From Chloroflexia bacterium (GTDB lineage: Bacteria; Chloroflexota; Chloroflexia; QHBQ01; JADMIH01), in contig DATEOC010000079.1 in the NCBI GenBank assembly GCA_035274425.1, positions 8,030 through 72,029 of the forward strand: a stretch of DNA of 64,000 bases, in the 5' to 3' direction. The number at the start of each line of letters is the position of its first letter. Positions within the stretch are counted from its first letter, which is position 1. A model generated the notes under the pieces. The model made no database searches. It was not told where the DNA came from and saw nothing but the letters and a program-made list of their open reading frames with translations. Both the position numbers and the translations under genes were made by a program. Below are positions 37,238 through 48,271 of the stretch, in pieces.

Positions 37238-40200
37238 ATGACTTTTACGATACAGCATGGCTCCAAGCGCAACACTATTAAAGGTGCGCTCTTTATCATA
37301 CTCGGAATGGCGATAGCCGGAATAATCATACCAGGGTTGGCTGCAACTTCTTCGGCTGCCGGGCCTGTGGCTAATGTAGCTGCGGTCCCGGCAGGGACGT
37401 GTTCATCGCCCAGCTTCGGGCCGCCGACCCACTTCCCGGCGGGGATAAACCCCGTAGCGGTAGTGATAGCCGACTTCAACCTCGACACCCACCCTGACCT
37501 GGCGGTAGCAGACTACAACCAGGGTAATCTACTCACCTTGCTCGGCAACGGCGCGGGCAGCTTCAGCGCTCCCATGACCTTCACCGTTGGCAGCGGGCCT
37601 TCCGGCATCGCGGTAGGCGACTTCAACCTTGACCTCAAACCTGATGTTGTAGTGGCTAACTTCCTGTCGAACGACGTGTCGGTATTGATAGGCAACGGCA
37701 CGGGCGGGTTCGGAGCGCGCACCAACTACGTGGTCGAGAGCGATACGCGGTCCGTTGCGGTGGGCGACTTCAACCACGACAACAAGCCCGACCTAGCCGT
37801 AGCGAACAGCTTCGACAACGTCGTGTCGGTGCTGCTCGGTAACGGCACCGGTGGCTTTGGCGCACGCACCAATTTCACAGCAGGGCTTAATGCAGACTCG
37901 GTAGCCGTAGGCGATTTGAACCACGATACCCATCTCGATCTAGTCGTAGGCACCGCGGGCAACGACAGCGTAGCTGTCCTGCTGGGCACCGGCACAGGTA
38001 GCTTTGGCGCGCCCACCAGCTTCCCGGTGGGGGATAACCCCCGCTACGTGGCGCTAGCAGATTTCAACAACGATACCCACCTCGACATCGCTACCGCGAA
38101 CAACAACTCCGACGACGTTTCAGTGTTACTCGGTAACGGCGCTGGCAACTTCTCGTTCGCAGTGAGTTACGCGGCAGGCAATACCCCATATACTGTTGTG
38201 ACGGCTGATTTCAATGGTGACGGCAAAGTTGACCTTGCCACGGCAAACGCTTTCTCTTCGAGCGTTTCCGTCCTGCTAGGGAGTGGCACGGGCACCTTCA
38301 GTCCCGCCGTAAACTACCTGGTAAACTCGACCGTCTACTCGGTGGCGGCAGGCGATCTGAACCACGATGGCAACCCCGATATCGTCTCCACGAGCGCTAG
38401 CTCCAGCACCGTTTCGGTACTGTTGAACACCTGCGGGCAGCCGACTCCTACAGTTACGCCAACGGCAGTGGGGTGTACCGTACCGAGCTTCCAGGCTGCA
38501 ATGAACTACGCTGTAGGGGACCAACCTAGCGCGATAACCACCGCAGATTTCAACCGGGATGGCAAGCCCGACCTGGCTACGGCCAATAACGCATCCGAGG
38601 ATATATCTATCCTGCTAAACAACGGCACAGGCGGTTTTGGAGCCCCTACCAATATAACGATAGGTAAAGGGCCGCTCGCCATTGTGTCGGGGGACTTGAA
38701 CCATGATGCCAACCCCGACCTCGTCGTCTCCAGCACCGGGGGCAACGGTTCCGTTACGGTACTCCTGGGGAACGGTATGGGCGGGTTCGGCACGCCTGCG
38801 CCTTACGCTTCAGGATCATTCTCACCCTACGAGATCAGGCTCGCAGACGTGAATAATGACACCAACCCCGACCTCGTGACGGCCAACCTGGGCGGAGACA
38901 CTATATCGGTGCTTCTGGGTAATGGGACGGGCGGGTTTGCCACGGGCACCACCTACCCGGCAGGGGACGACCCCGCCTCTTTGACGCTGGGGGACTTCAA
39001 CCACGACAACAACCTGGACGTGGCCGTTGCTAACATCGGCACCGTAAGTGGAGTGTCGGTGCTGCTCGGCAACGGCACGGGTGGATTTGGAGCGCCTACG
39101 AGCTTTTCAGGAGGTAGTGGCCCAAGAGCCGTAGCGACGGGTGAATTCAATGGAGACACCCACCTCGACCTGGCAGTGACGAACTTCGGCGCGAATACGG
39201 TATCGGTACTCCTGGGGAACGGTACAGGTAGCTTCGGTGCGCCTACCAGTTTCCCCGCACAAGGAGCAGGCTTGTCACTGGTTGTGGCAGACTTCAACCG
39301 GGACGGACATGACGACCTCGCTCTTGTAGGGAACTTCCCGTCAGGCGTGGTGGTCATGTTCGGCAACGGCATGGGAGGATTTGGATCGCCCGTCAGCTTC
39401 GCGTCAGGCTCAAGTCCTTTTGAAGTTACGGTTGGTGACTACAACGTGGACGGCGCGCTTGATATATCGGTGGTCAATGCAGGCTCGGACAACGTGTCGG
39501 TGCTGCTGAATAACTGCGTACCTACCGGCGGGGGCACGCCCACAAGCGTGACTACTTCTACAGCCACTCGCACGGCTACGCGCACCGCGACGGGCGTGGC
39601 TACGGGTGCAGCCACCAATACGAGAACAGCAACGCAGGTTGCTACTAGCGTAGCGTCGGCAACTCGCACCGCAACGGCAGGCCAGCCCAGCGCGACGGCT
39701 ATAAGCACCGCCACCGCAGAAGCTACCGCTACAGCATGCACCATCACCTTCACAGACGTGCCCAATGACCACACCTTCTACTCGTTCATCAGGTGTCTCG
39801 CTTGTAGAGGGATAATCTCCGGTTATACTGACGGTACGTTCCGGCCAGGTAATGACATCACACGTGGGCAGATAGCCAAAATAGTATCTAACGCCGCTGG
39901 CTTCAGTGAAGACGCAGGTCCTCAGATATACGAGGATGTGCCACCGGATAGCCCATTCTATGCATGGGTAAATCGTCTCTCAATGAGGGGACACATGGGA
40001 GGATACCTGTGCGGCATCACACCTGAGGAACCTTGTATCCCACCAGACAACCGTCCATACTTCCGTCCTAACGCCAATGCCAGCAGAGGGCAGCTTGCGA
40101 AGATAGTGGCTAATGCCGCTGGGATAGGAGGCACACCCACTGGGATCTTCTACACGGATGTACAGGAGGACCACCCATTCTACGTATGGATCATGCGTCT

Positions 40201-40369
40201 AAGTCAATTGGGCGTGATGAGCGGGTACGTATGTGGTGGGGAAGGCGAGCCATGCGACGAGGAGAATCGTCCGTACTTCCGGCCCTTCAACAACGTGACC
40301 AGAGGTCAGGCATCGAAGATAGTGGCGAACACTTTCTTCCCTAACTGCCAGACCCCTGCGCGACCCTAG
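37238..40369 (+). CDS. Surface protein: 14 FG-GAP/VCBS-like repeats (7+7), T/A-rich linker and three C-terminal SLH domains
   Basis: I counted 14 units of the type VGDFNHDNKPDLAVAN...VSVLLGNGTGGFG, with a Cys-flanked P/T linker after unit 7. The three SLH motifs are FTDVPNDHTFYSFIRCLACRGIISGY, YEDVPPDSPFYAWVNRLSMRGHMGGY and YTDVQEDHPFYVWIMRLSQLGVMSGY. ATG 37238 follows AAGGAG, and a signal-anchor helix is present. Confidence 0.85.
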   Translation: MTFTIQHGSKRNTIKGALFIILGMAIAGIIIPGLAATSSAAGPVANVAAVPAGTCSSPSFGPPTHFPAGINPVAVVIADFNLDTHPDLAVADYNQGNLLTLLGNGAGSFSAPMTFTVGSGPSGIAVGDFNLDLKPDVVVANFLSNDVSVLIGNGTGGFGARTNYVVESDTRSVAVGDFNHDNKPDLAVANSFDNVVSVLLGNGTGGFGARTNFTAGLNADSVAVGDLNHDTHLDLVVGTAGNDSVAVLLGTGTGSFGAPTSFPVGDNPRYVALADFNNDTHLDIATANNNSDDVSVLLGNGAGNFSFAVSYAAGNTPYTVVTADFNGDGKVDLATANAFSSSVSVLLGSGTGTFSPAVNYLVNSTVYSVAAGDLNHDGNPDIVSTSASSSTVSVLLNTCGQPTPTVTPTAVGCTVPSFQAAMNYAVGDQPSAITTADFNRDGKPDLATANNASEDISILLNNGTGGFGAPTNITIGKGPLAIVSGDLNHDANPDLVVSSTGGNGSVTVLLGNGMGGFGTPAPYASGSFSPYEIRLADVNNDTNPDLVTANLGGDTISVLLGNGTGGFATGTTYPAGDDPASLTLGDFNHDNNLDVAVANIGTVSGVSVLLGNGTGGFGAPTSFSGGSGPRAVATGEFNGDTHLDLAVTNFGANTVSVLLGNGTGSFGAPTSFPAQGAGLSLVVADFNRDGHDDLALVGNFPSGVVVMFGNGMGGFGSPVSFASGSSPFEVTVGDYNVDGALDISVVNAGSDNVSVLLNNCVPTGGGTPTSVTTSTATRTATRTATGVATGAATNTRTATQVATSVASATRTATAGQPSATAISTATAEATATACTITFTDVPNDHTFYSFIRCLACRGIISGYTDGTFRPGNDITRGQIAKIVSNAAGFSEDAGPQIYEDVPPDSPFYAWVNRLSMRGHMGGYLCGITPEEPCIPPDNRPYFRPNANASRGQLAKIVANAAGIGGTPTGIFYTDVQEDHPFYVWIMRLSQLGVMSGYVCGGEGEPCDEENRPYFRPFNNVTRGQASKIVANTFFPNCQTPARP

Positions 40370-40417
40370 CATATAAGTTGTCATGTTCAGGTGATCTCTC
40401 CCGGTTGGGGGGAGTTC

Positions 40418-40472
40418 GAAAAAGATCAAAAGAGACTTTCGGCGTAGCCGAAAGTCTCTTTTGATCTTTTTC
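40418..40472 (+). terminator. Long perfect hairpin of the GAAAAG...CGGC-NNN-GCCG...CTTTTC family
   Basis: gaaaaagatcaaaagagactttcggc-gta-gccgaaagtctcttttgatctttttc. Confidence 0.7.
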
Positions 40473-40551
40473 CCAGACATATGTTCAGCAGAAAAGCGTC
40501 TAACCTGTAGTATAATAAAGATGTAGTGTAAAGGCGAAAAACGGAGTGGAT

Positions 40552-41112
40552 ATGGCTCTTCAATTTGAAAAGCGACACTTTACGGTAGAGGAATATTACC
40601 GCATGGGAGAAGCAGGCATCCTCGGTGAGGATGACCGCGTGGAGCTGCTCGAAGGGGAGATAGTACACATGAGTCCCATCGGCATACAGCACATAGCGTG
40701 TGTGAACAGGCTTAACATGCTCTTTGCACGTCTCCTGGTGGACAGAGCCATCGTCAGCGTCCAAAACCCTGTTGTACTTAGCGATATTTCCGTACCTCAA
40801 CCGGACGTAACGGTGTTGCGCCCGCGGGAAGATTTCTATGGTAGCTCGTATATTACACCCGCCGATGTGTTGCTGCTTGTAGAGGTAGCCGATAGCTCAA
40901 TCGGCTACGACCGTGCCTATAAGATACCCCTCTACGCAAAAGCCGGTGTTGCCGAAGTGTGGCTGGTGGACGTACAGGCGAGAACCGTTACAACCTACAA
41001 TCAGCCTACTCCCAGCGGGTACAAGGCCAGTACCCAAGCTCAAGGCAACCAGGCACTGATATCTCAGACTATACCTAACATGTCTGTAAATGTTAGCGAT
41101 ATACTTGGGTGA
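40552..41112 (+). CDS. Uma2-family (DUF820) restriction-endonuclease-fold protein
   Basis: FTVEEYYRMGEAGILGEDDRVELLEGEIVHMSP...PDVTVL...LLVEVADSS..YDR..KIPLYAKAGVAEVWLVDV. Confidence 0.8.
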   Translation: MALQFEKRHFTVEEYYRMGEAGILGEDDRVELLEGEIVHMSPIGIQHIACVNRLNMLFARLLVDRAIVSVQNPVVLSDISVPQPDVTVLRPREDFYGSSYITPADVLLLVEVADSSIGYDRAYKIPLYAKAGVAEVWLVDVQARTVTTYNQPTPSGYKASTQAQGNQALISQTIPNMSVNVSDILG

Positions 41113-41242
41113 TTTCCTGGTAGCGGATGGGCCTTCAGAACGATGCGCTCCAAGCACATTTGTGCTATAATAGAAGCAGATAAGATAGACAGGGCGGCCA
41201 TCCGGTCGCCCATTTCTGACTGAGAGAGCAGGAGTCGAGAGT

Positions 41243-43240
41243 ATGCCCACTTTTCAGGTAGAAGCACCCTTTATCCCTATGGGCGACCAACCCCAGGCTT
41301 TAGAGAAGCTTGTGGCAGGCATCAATGCGGGGTATAAGCACCAAACGTTACTGGGTGCAACGGCAACTGGTAAGACCTATCTAATGTCAAAGCTAATCGA
41401 GGCAGTCAACCGCCCCACCCTCGTGCTCGCTCATAACAAGACGTTGGCCGCACAACTCTACCAGGAGTTCAAGGATTTCCTACCTAATAATGCGGTTGAA
41501 TACTTCGTCTCTTACTACGACTTCTACCAGCCTGAAGCGTATATACCGCGCACAGACTTATATATAGAGAAAGACGCCGATATCAATGAGGAAATAGACA
41601 AACTGCGCCACGCTGCCACCCGCGCTTTGTTTGAGCGGAAGGATGTGGTGATAGTGGCATCGGTGTCGTGCATATTCGGCCTGGGGTCGCCGGAGGAGTA
41701 CGGTAAGACGCTCCTCAACATCAGGCGGGGCCAGACGATGAAGCGCAACTCCATTCTGCGCCGCCTGATAGATATCCACTACTCACGTAATGACCAATCA
41801 TTGGTCAGGGGTAACTTCCGAGTGCGCGGCGATACCCTGGAAATCATGCCCGCCTATGAAGACCTTGCCCTACGTATCGAGTTCTGGGGGGACGAGGTGG
41901 AGCGCATCCTCGAATTCGACCCCCTCACGGGCGAAGTGCTGCTGGAGCGGAGCGAGACCAACATCTACCCGGCAAAGCACTTCCTCACCTCCGAGGATAA
42001 GCTGGTCGCCGCAATACGCGACATAGAAGACGAGCTTGTGGCGAGGGTAGCGGAGTTGCGCGCCGAGGATAAGATAGTGGAAGCGCAACGCCTTGAGCAG
42101 AGAACGCGCTATGATCTTGAGATGCTCCAGGAGACGGGGTACTGCTCAGGCGTCGAGAACTACTCGCGGCACCTTTCGAGAAGGCAACCGGGAGAGCAGC
42201 CCTGGACCCTGCTTGACTACTTTCCTGAAGATTACCTGATCATGGTGGACGAGTCGCACATCACGCTGCCACAGGTGCGCGGCATGCACGGGGGAGACCG
42301 CTCGCGCAAAGTGACGCTGATAGATTACGGCTTCCGCCTGCCATCCGCCGCCGATAACCGCCCCCTCACCTTCCCGGAGTTCATGGGGCACATCAACCAG
42401 GCTATCTTCGTGAGCGCGACGCCGGGGCCTTTCGAGTACGAGCACAGCGAGCAGATAGTGGAGCTTATCATCCGACCCACCGGCCTGGTCGACCCCTCCA
42501 TTGAGGTCAAGCCGACCGAGAACCAGATAGACGACCTGGTAGAGCAGATCAGGGAGCGGGTCGAGAAGAAACAGCGCGTGCTAGTGACCACCATGCGGAC
42601 CAAGTTCGCCGAGCAGATAGCGGACTACCTGAAGGAGATGGGCATCCGCGCCAACTTCATCCACCACGAGATAGAGACTCTGGAACGCGTGGACATCCTG
42701 CGGCAGCTACGGCTGGGGGTGTATGACGTGCTGGTGGGTATCAACCTCCTCAGGGAGGGTCTGGACCTGCCGGAGGTGTCGCTGGTAGCGATACTGGACG
42801 CGGACAAGGAAGGCTTCCTGCGCTCGCGCGACGCGCTCATCCAGACGATAGGCCGCGCGGCGCGCCACGTGGAGGGGCACGTAATCATGTACGCCGACGT
42901 GGTGACGCGCTCGATGCAGGCCGCCATCGAGGAGACTTACCGCCGCCGCGAGATACAGATGGCATACAACGTGGAGCACGGTATCGAGCCTGCCTCCATC
43001 CAGAAGGAAGTACGCGACCTCACAGACCGCGTGAAGCTCTCCGCCGTCGCCGAGACCCAGGCAGAGTATGTCGTGCTGCCGAGCGGCGAGATCAGCCTCA
43101 ACAAAGACGAGATCGCCCGCATGATAAAGGACCTCGAAAGCCAGATGAAGAACGCCGCCAAGATGCTGGAGTTCGAGAAGGCAGCAGCGTTCAGAGATAG
43201 AATTGTGGAGTTAAGGCGCACGCTGGCTCTTGAGGTTTAG
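41243..43240 (+). CDS. uvrB: Excinuclease ABC subunit B
   Basis: [39 protein letters not shown] box, beta-hairpin region [10 protein letters not shown], and C-terminal UVR domain ([17 protein letters not shown]). Confidence 0.95.
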   Translation: MPTFQVEAPFIPMGDQPQALEKLVAGINAGYKHQTLLGATATGKTYLMSKLIEAVNRPTLVLAHNKTLAAQLYQEFKDFLPNNAVEYFVSYYDFYQPEAYIPRTDLYIEKDADINEEIDKLRHAATRALFERKDVVIVASVSCIFGLGSPEEYGKTLLNIRRGQTMKRNSILRRLIDIHYSRNDQSLVRGNFRVRGDTLEIMPAYEDLALRIEFWGDEVERILEFDPLTGEVLLERSETNIYPAKHFLTSEDKLVAAIRDIEDELVARVAELRAEDKIVEAQRLEQRTRYDLEMLQETGYCSGVENYSRHLSRRQPGEQPWTLLDYFPEDYLIMVDESHITLPQVRGMHGGDRSRKVTLIDYGFRLPSAADNRPLTFPEFMGHINQAIFVSATPGPFEYEHSEQIVELIIRPTGLVDPSIEVKPTENQIDDLVEQIRERVEKKQRVLVTTMRTKFAEQIADYLKEMGIRANFIHHEIETLERVDILRQLRLGVYDVLVGINLLREGLDLPEVSLVAILDADKEGFLRSRDALIQTIGRAARHVEGHVIMYADVVTRSMQAAIEETYRRREIQMAYNVEHGIEPASIQKEVRDLTDRVKLSAVAETQAEYVVLPSGEISLNKDEIARMIKDLESQMKNAAKMLEFEKAAAFRDRIVELRRTLALEV

Positions 43241-43289
43241 ACAGGTAAATAATTCGCCCAAAGCTCCATATTGAGGGATCAACTTGATC

Positions 43290-44435
43290 ATGTACGATGT
43301 AATCGTGATCGGCGCGAGGTGCGCAGGGTCGCCCACCGCTATGCTCCTTGCGCGCAAGGGCTACCGGGTTCTCCTGGTGGACAGGGCTACCTTTCCCAGC
43401 GACTCCCCGAAGAATCATTTCATACGGCAGATGGGCGTTGCGCAGTTGGCGCGGTGGGGGCTGCTGGAGAGAGTTGCGGCATCGGGGTGCCCACCTGTGC
43501 GAAAGCATACGGTTGATTTTGGAGACTTCCCACTCACGGGCTATCCCCCATTCCCCGACGGAGTTGATGCGGAGTATGGCCCACGCCGGATAGTCCTGGA
43601 CAAGATATTGGGTGACGCGGCAGTAGAGGCGGGCGCCGAGCTGCGCGAAGGGTTCTCGGTGCAAGAAATAGTGATTGAAGATGGGCGCGTCGTGGGGATA
43701 AAGGGAAGATCAAAGGGGAGCGAGAGTGTAACCGAGCGTGCCGCTATCGTCATCGGCGCAGACGGCCACCATTCAATAGTTGCCCGCACGATGCAGCCCC
43801 CCACATATAATGAGAGGCCGGCCCTTACCTGCGGCTACTTCAGCTATTGGAGCGAAATGCCGTGCGACGCCCTTGAGGTCTATTTTCGGTCAGATCCGGC
43901 ATTCCTGCTTGCATTCCCCACGAACTACGGGCAAACATGTGTGGCGGTCCAGGTGCCGGTCCGGGAGTTCGACGCATTCCGCACCAATATAGAAGAGAGC
44001 TTCCTCAAGAAGATTGGCCTGGCTCCCGATCTGGCGGAGCGAGTACGCAACGGCAAACGCGAGGAGCGATTCTATGGTACGGCGGACCTGGAGAATTTCT
44101 TCCGCAAGCCTTATGGAGCCGAACCTAACGGAGGTTGGGCTTTGGTGGGTGATGCGGGCTATCACAAAGACCCGATTACGGCGTTGGGCGTATCTGATGC
44201 CTTCCGCGATGCGGAACTGCTGGCCGAAGCCGTTGATAGTGGCCTGTCGGGGCGGGAGCCAATTGAAGAGGCCCTGGACGGCTATGAGCGCAAACGAAAC
44301 GAGGCGGCCATACCAGAGTATGAAAATGCTTGCATGACCGCTTCGTTCTATCCGCCCCCACCACAGGTGTTCGAGCTACGAGCTGCGATCCGAGGCAACC
44401 AGGGGGCCATCAATCGCTTCATGAGCCAGGGTTAG
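43290..44435 (+). CDS. FAD-dependent oxidoreductase (flavin monooxygenase / geranylgeranyl-reductase-like)
   Basis: MYDVIVIGARCAGSPTAMLLARKGYRVLLVDR is a dinucleotide-binding motif. Also ALVGDAGYHKDPITALG. Confidence 0.7.
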   Translation: MYDVIVIGARCAGSPTAMLLARKGYRVLLVDRATFPSDSPKNHFIRQMGVAQLARWGLLERVAASGCPPVRKHTVDFGDFPLTGYPPFPDGVDAEYGPRRIVLDKILGDAAVEAGAELREGFSVQEIVIEDGRVVGIKGRSKGSESVTERAAIVIGADGHHSIVARTMQPPTYNERPALTCGYFSYWSEMPCDALEVYFRSDPAFLLAFPTNYGQTCVAVQVPVREFDAFRTNIEESFLKKIGLAPDLAERVRNGKREERFYGTADLENFFRKPYGAEPNGGWALVGDAGYHKDPITALGVSDAFRDAELLAEAVDSGLSGREPIEEALDGYERKRNEAAIPEYENACMTASFYPPPPQVFELRAAIRGNQGAINRFMSQG

Positions 44436-44436
44436 G

Positions 44437-44610
44437 TGGACGACGGACGACGGACGACGGACGACGGACGACGGACGATAGAGGTCAGAGGGCAGAAGTC
44501 AGAAGTCAGAAGTCAGAAGTCACCTAATACCGTCACGTTTCACGTTTCACTCTGTCGTCTGTCGTCTGTCGTCTGTCGTCTATCGTCTATCGTCTATAGT
44601 CTATCGTCTA
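44437..44610. repeat. Composite 174-nt array with five unit types: GGACGAC x6, AGAAGTC(A) x4-5, CACGTTT x2.5, CTGTCGT x4, CTATCGT x4
   Basis: Direct reading. It fills the whole interval between the converging FAD-oxidoreductase and SIMPL genes. Confidence 0.95.
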
Positions 44611-45429
44611 CTTTATCGCATACACCACGCTAACCTCCACCCTCACCTCCTGCTCTCCTGGGGAAACTTGGGTGGGTGGTAAGGAAGAACCACTATCCAT
44701 TAGGGGACTGTTACTGACAGATTTGGGCGCGACGTTAGCCCCCGCGTCCTGCACGATTATTGGGAGACCCAACCCTACTCCACCCTGCGTGGCAAGTTGC
44801 TGCGCTTTCTGCTTCGCATCTGCCATAGCCGCATCTCGTGCTGCCTTCAGAGAAGCGGTGGGGTCAGAGAAACTGAAGCTCATACCCTGTATCCTGTTGA
44901 CCCCGGCTGTCACCACAGAATCTATCAGCTTGCCCGCCTTGGCTATGTCGCGCAGCTTGACGTTGAGGATGTTGGTCACGCGATAGTAGGCCAGGCGCGG
45001 TGGCTCGTTATTCTTATACGTATATACCGGCTCGACGGCCAGGCGCGCCGTGGAAATGTCGCGGTCGGCTACCCCTCCGGCGATGAGCAGCTTCATGGCG
45101 GCGTCTATCCTGGTGTTGGCGTCCCACTGCGCGTCGGCGAGTAAGCTGTTATCCACCACCACCCCTATCTGCACCGTCAGCATGTCTGGCCGTGCCGACA
45201 CGATGCCCATGCCCCTCACGGAGATGTAAGGCTGCTCACTCAGGGGTGCGGCTGATACCGCATAGTTCGTGCTCGAAGTCAGAGAATAGGCAGGCCGCGA
45301 TACTTCCTCCTGTACCCTCGCGCTTCCAGCCTGTGGGAAGAGCCACAGCGCGAAGAATGCCACCAACAGTAGAACTGCCCCCACCATAGCGCCGAGGGCT
45401 TTCACGTATCTGTTTCGCTCCGTATTCAT
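44608..45429 (-). CDS. SIMPL (DUF541) domain protein, paralogue 1
   Basis: N-terminal TM anchor, ISVRGMGIVSARPDMLTVQIGVV..., C-terminus VSPGEQEVRVEVSVVYAIK. Start at MNTERNRY (GGAGAG upstream). Confidence 0.7.
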   Translation of the reverse strand: MNTERNRYVKALGAMVGAVLLLVAFFALWLFPQAGSARVQEEVSRPAYSLTSSTNYAVSAAPLSEQPYISVRGMGIVSARPDMLTVQIGVVVDNSLLADAQWDANTRIDAAMKLLIAGGVADRDISTARLAVEPVYTYKNNEPPRLAYYRVTNILNVKLRDIAKAGKLIDSVVTAGVNRIQGMSFSFSDPTASLKAARDAAMADAKQKAQQLATQGGVGLGLPIIVQDAGANVAPKSVSNSPLMDSGSSLPPTQVSPGEQEVRVEVSVVYAIK

Positions 45430-45568
45430 CGTGGGTCTCTCCTTCTGGTAGGACGTAGGCGCTCGACGCTTGCTCATACGCAGACCGCAGACACTATGCG
45501 CCGGGCACACTCAAACTACCTTGCTTTATACACTGCTAAAAGCAAGGTAAAGTTCAAGACCCATTACT

Positions 45569-45624
45569 GGACGAAGGACGAAAGACGAAAGACGAAATAT
45601 GCTATCCGTCCTTCGTCCTTCGTC
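45569..45624. repeat. Inverted pair of GACGAAR octamer/heptamer arrays (hairpin-forming)
   Basis: ggacgaaggacgaaagacgaaagacgaaa-tatgctatcc-gtccttcgtccttcgtc. Confidence 0.9.
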
Positions 45625-45642
45625 AACATCATTTAGGATGAG

Positions 45643-46506
45643 CTATTTGATAGCGTATACGACGCTAACTTCGACCCTTATCTCCTGCTGGCCGGGGTTG
45701 ATGGGAACCGGCATAGCAGCCATGTCCTGGGCCACGTTCCTGACAGCGCCCGCGTCCATAACAACAGGGGGAACGTTCGCGCCGCCATCGTCTATTAGGA
45801 GAGGGGTGCCGAGGGTAACGCCACCGAGAGCGGCTAGCTCGCTTGCCTTAGCCTTGGCGTCGTTCATAGCCTGCTCGCGGGCCTGCTTCATCAACGCGCC
45901 AGGGTCAGAGAAGCCGAAGCTGAGGCCGTACACCGTGTTCGCACCTGCCTTCACCAGGTCGTCAATCACCTTTCCCGCCTTTGCTATGTCGCGCAGCTTG
46001 ACGTTGAGGATGTTGGTCACGCGGAAGCCGGTCACGCGAGGAGGTTGATTTTCGCGGTACTCCATCACAGGCTCGACGTTGAACTGGGAGGTGGAGATGT
46101 CTTTCTCGTCCACGCCTGCCGCCTTGAGCTGCTGCATCGCGGCGTTCATCTTGGTCGTGGCCTCGCTCTGCGCGGCGTCAAGAGAGGTGTTCTGTATCTG
46201 CACGCCTATCTGAAGGTTTGCCATGTCGGGCTTGGCCGATACGAGGCCCGTACCCCGCACGGAGATGCGCGGCAGGTCAGATACAAAGGTTCCACCCGCC
46301 TGGTTGATGGGAGACATGTTCAGCTTGTCTTGAGTTCCACCTGTGGAGCCTATGATAGTACCGGGACCCTGGCCGCTCTGCACGTTGGCGTTGCTTACCT
46401 CCGGCCCGCGAGGGGTGAGCCACACGACCATGAATGCTCCCAGGAGCAATAGCACCGCACCTGCGCTGCCGAGGGCCATCATTACCTTATTCCTACTCTT
46501 TTCCAT
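45643..46506 (-). CDS. SIMPL (DUF541) domain protein, paralogue 2
   Basis: ISVRGTGLVSAKPDMANLQIGVQ... and C-terminus INPGQQEIRVEVSVVYAIK, with the same last 10 residues as paralogue 1. Confidence 0.7.
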   Translation of the reverse strand: MEKSRNKVMMALGSAGAVLLLLGAFMVVWLTPRGPEVSNANVQSGQGPGTIIGSTGGTQDKLNMSPINQAGGTFVSDLPRISVRGTGLVSAKPDMANLQIGVQIQNTSLDAAQSEATTKMNAAMQQLKAAGVDEKDISTSQFNVEPVMEYRENQPPRVTGFRVTNILNVKLRDIAKAGKVIDDLVKAGANTVYGLSFGFSDPGALMKQAREQAMNDAKAKASELAALGGVTLGTPLLIDDGGANVPPVVMDAGAVRNVAQDMAAMPVPINPGQQEIRVEVSVVYAIK

Positions 46507-46612
46507 TCTTTTCCTCCTATAAGATATAAATTATCGCTATGTGGGAGGTTTGCGAACCGCCCAACGGGCCAATTATTGGGTGCATATTCTATTGTGTGCC
46601 GCCGACCGCAGG

Positions 46613-48214
46613 TCATCCTATATTATTAGGACGAATGTCGTGCGGAGAAAGTTCCCCTGTTGGGTGGCCGGTTACGGAAGCAATCAGGCGCTGTTTGAGG
46701 TCCCAGAGGCGCTCGGTGAGGGAGACGTGGTATACGTGCGGGTTGATGAGGCGGCGAACGCCCGTGTCGAGGCGGTCCATGTCGGCTATGCGGCGCTCGC
46801 GCATCTCGTCCACGGGGGGGAGGTAGTAGACCAGCTTACCTTCATCGAGGACATCTACCAGCAGAGGCTCTATACCGGAGATGTGTGCGGATTCGAGTGT
46901 GCGGCGCTTAGTGTGGTCGTAGGGGTGATGGGCCGCGATGCTGCTCATCTGGCCCGGGTCTTCGGAGTCGAGGCCGAGGAGGTCCATGGTCGCTTTGCCG
47001 CGCTCGTCGTAGATGCGCCACGCCTGCTTATGCCCAGGGTTGGGCGTCTTCTGGGGAGACTCTGATAGCTTGATGGCGGGGTCCCATTCCCCCGAAGTTG
47101 CGTCGCGAACGGCCACGAGCTTGTAGACCCCGCCCAGCGCAGGCTCTCCATGAGAGGTGATGAGGCGCGTGCCGACGCCGTAGACCAGGCGCTTGATTAG
47201 GCGGTCAGGGTCTACGCCGTAGCGCTGGGCCTCCGCGCCGATCTGAGTGATTATCTGCCATATAACCATCTCATCAAGGTCATTTGAAAGGACGATGGAG
47301 GTGTTAGGGAAGCCTGCCGCGTCGAGCATTTTCGCTGCCTGGATGCTGAGGTATGCCAGGTCGCCAGAGTCGAGGCGAACGCCTACAGGCTCGTGACCCC
47401 TGCGTCGTAGCTCCTCGAAGACCCTGATGGCGTTGGGGATGCCACTCTCCAGGGTGTTGATAGTGTCTACCAGCAGGAGGCAGTCGTCGGGGTAGACGTC
47501 TGCGTAGGCGCGAAAAGCCCCTAGCTCACCCATGCCGAGGGTGATGAACATCTGCACCATGCTGTGGGCGTGCGTGCCCTTCGGTGGATAGCCGAGGACA
47601 TGCGAAATGCCTACGTTTGAAGAGAAATCGGCCCCACCTATGAGGGCTGCACGCGCACCGGCGTTCGCGCCCTTACCCTGCCCGCGACGCAGGCCAAACT
47701 CCATAAGCACCCCACCCCTTCCAACATCGTGTATGAGCGCGGCTTTGGTAGCGATCAGGGTCTGGTAGTTGATGTGGTTGAGGAGGGAGGTCTCCAGAAG
47801 CTGGGCCATAGCGAGCGGCCCCTGCACGACGGTGAGAGGCACGTGAGGGTGGACGACACGCCCTTCGGGGATAGCCCGGAGGGTGATGCTATCGAAATTG
47901 CACTCTCCCTGGAGCCATGACAGAAAATCGTCGGCGAATACGCGCGTGCTGGTGCGATTGCGCTGGCCTCGCAGGTACTCTATATCCTCGTCCCTGAAGT
48001 GCGCCTGGCGTAGCCAATCGAGGAACCATTCGAGGCCGGCGCTAACGCAGTACCCCGCCTGGTGCGTGCCGTAATTGGGGTAGCGGCGGAAGAAGTGGTC
48101 GAACTGGGCGGGTTGCTCGTGCAGGCCGGTGCGGTAGTAGACCTGCGCCATCGTCAACTGGTACTGATCGGTGAATAAGATGCCTTCCGCCGTCTCGCGG
48201 TCCAATGGTTTCAT
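46613..48214 (-). CDS. pncB: Nicotinate phosphoribosyltransferase
   Basis: [16 protein letters not shown]...FGLRRGQG...GTHAHSMV...VRLDSGDL. Start at MKPLDRE (AGGAG upstream), because the track start at 48316 lies inside a hairpin. Confidence 0.8.
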   Translation of the reverse strand: MKPLDRETAEGILFTDQYQLTMAQVYYRTGLHEQPAQFDHFFRRYPNYGTHQAGYCVSAGLEWFLDWLRQAHFRDEDIEYLRGQRNRTSTRVFADDFLSWLQGECNFDSITLRAIPEGRVVHPHVPLTVVQGPLAMAQLLETSLLNHINYQTLIATKAALIHDVGRGGVLMEFGLRRGQGKGANAGARAALIGGADFSSNVGISHVLGYPPKGTHAHSMVQMFITLGMGELGAFRAYADVYPDDCLLLVDTINTLESGIPNAIRVFEELRRRGHEPVGVRLDSGDLAYLSIQAAKMLDAAGFPNTSIVLSNDLDEMVIWQIITQIGAEAQRYGVDPDRLIKRLVYGVGTRLITSHGEPALGGVYKLVAVRDATSGEWDPAIKLSESPQKTPNPGHKQAWRIYDERGKATMDLLGLDSEDPGQMSSIAAHHPYDHTKRRTLESAHISGIEPLLVDVLDEGKLVYYLPPVDEMRERRIADMDRLDTGVRRLINPHVYHVSLTERLWDLKQRLIASVTGHPTGELSPHDIRPNNIG

Positions 48215-48271
48215 ACGGCAAATGCTCCTGCGGGGTATGCTTCCCACAGGAGTGTAACACATCAATAAGCT

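Noticed and set aside
41113-41242. I looked for a LexA/SOS box (GAAC-N4-GTTC type) upstream of uvrB.
   Set aside because: Only a half-site-like AGAAC is present, with no palindromic partner. An extended -10 element (TGcTATAAT) is visible, but there is no operator.
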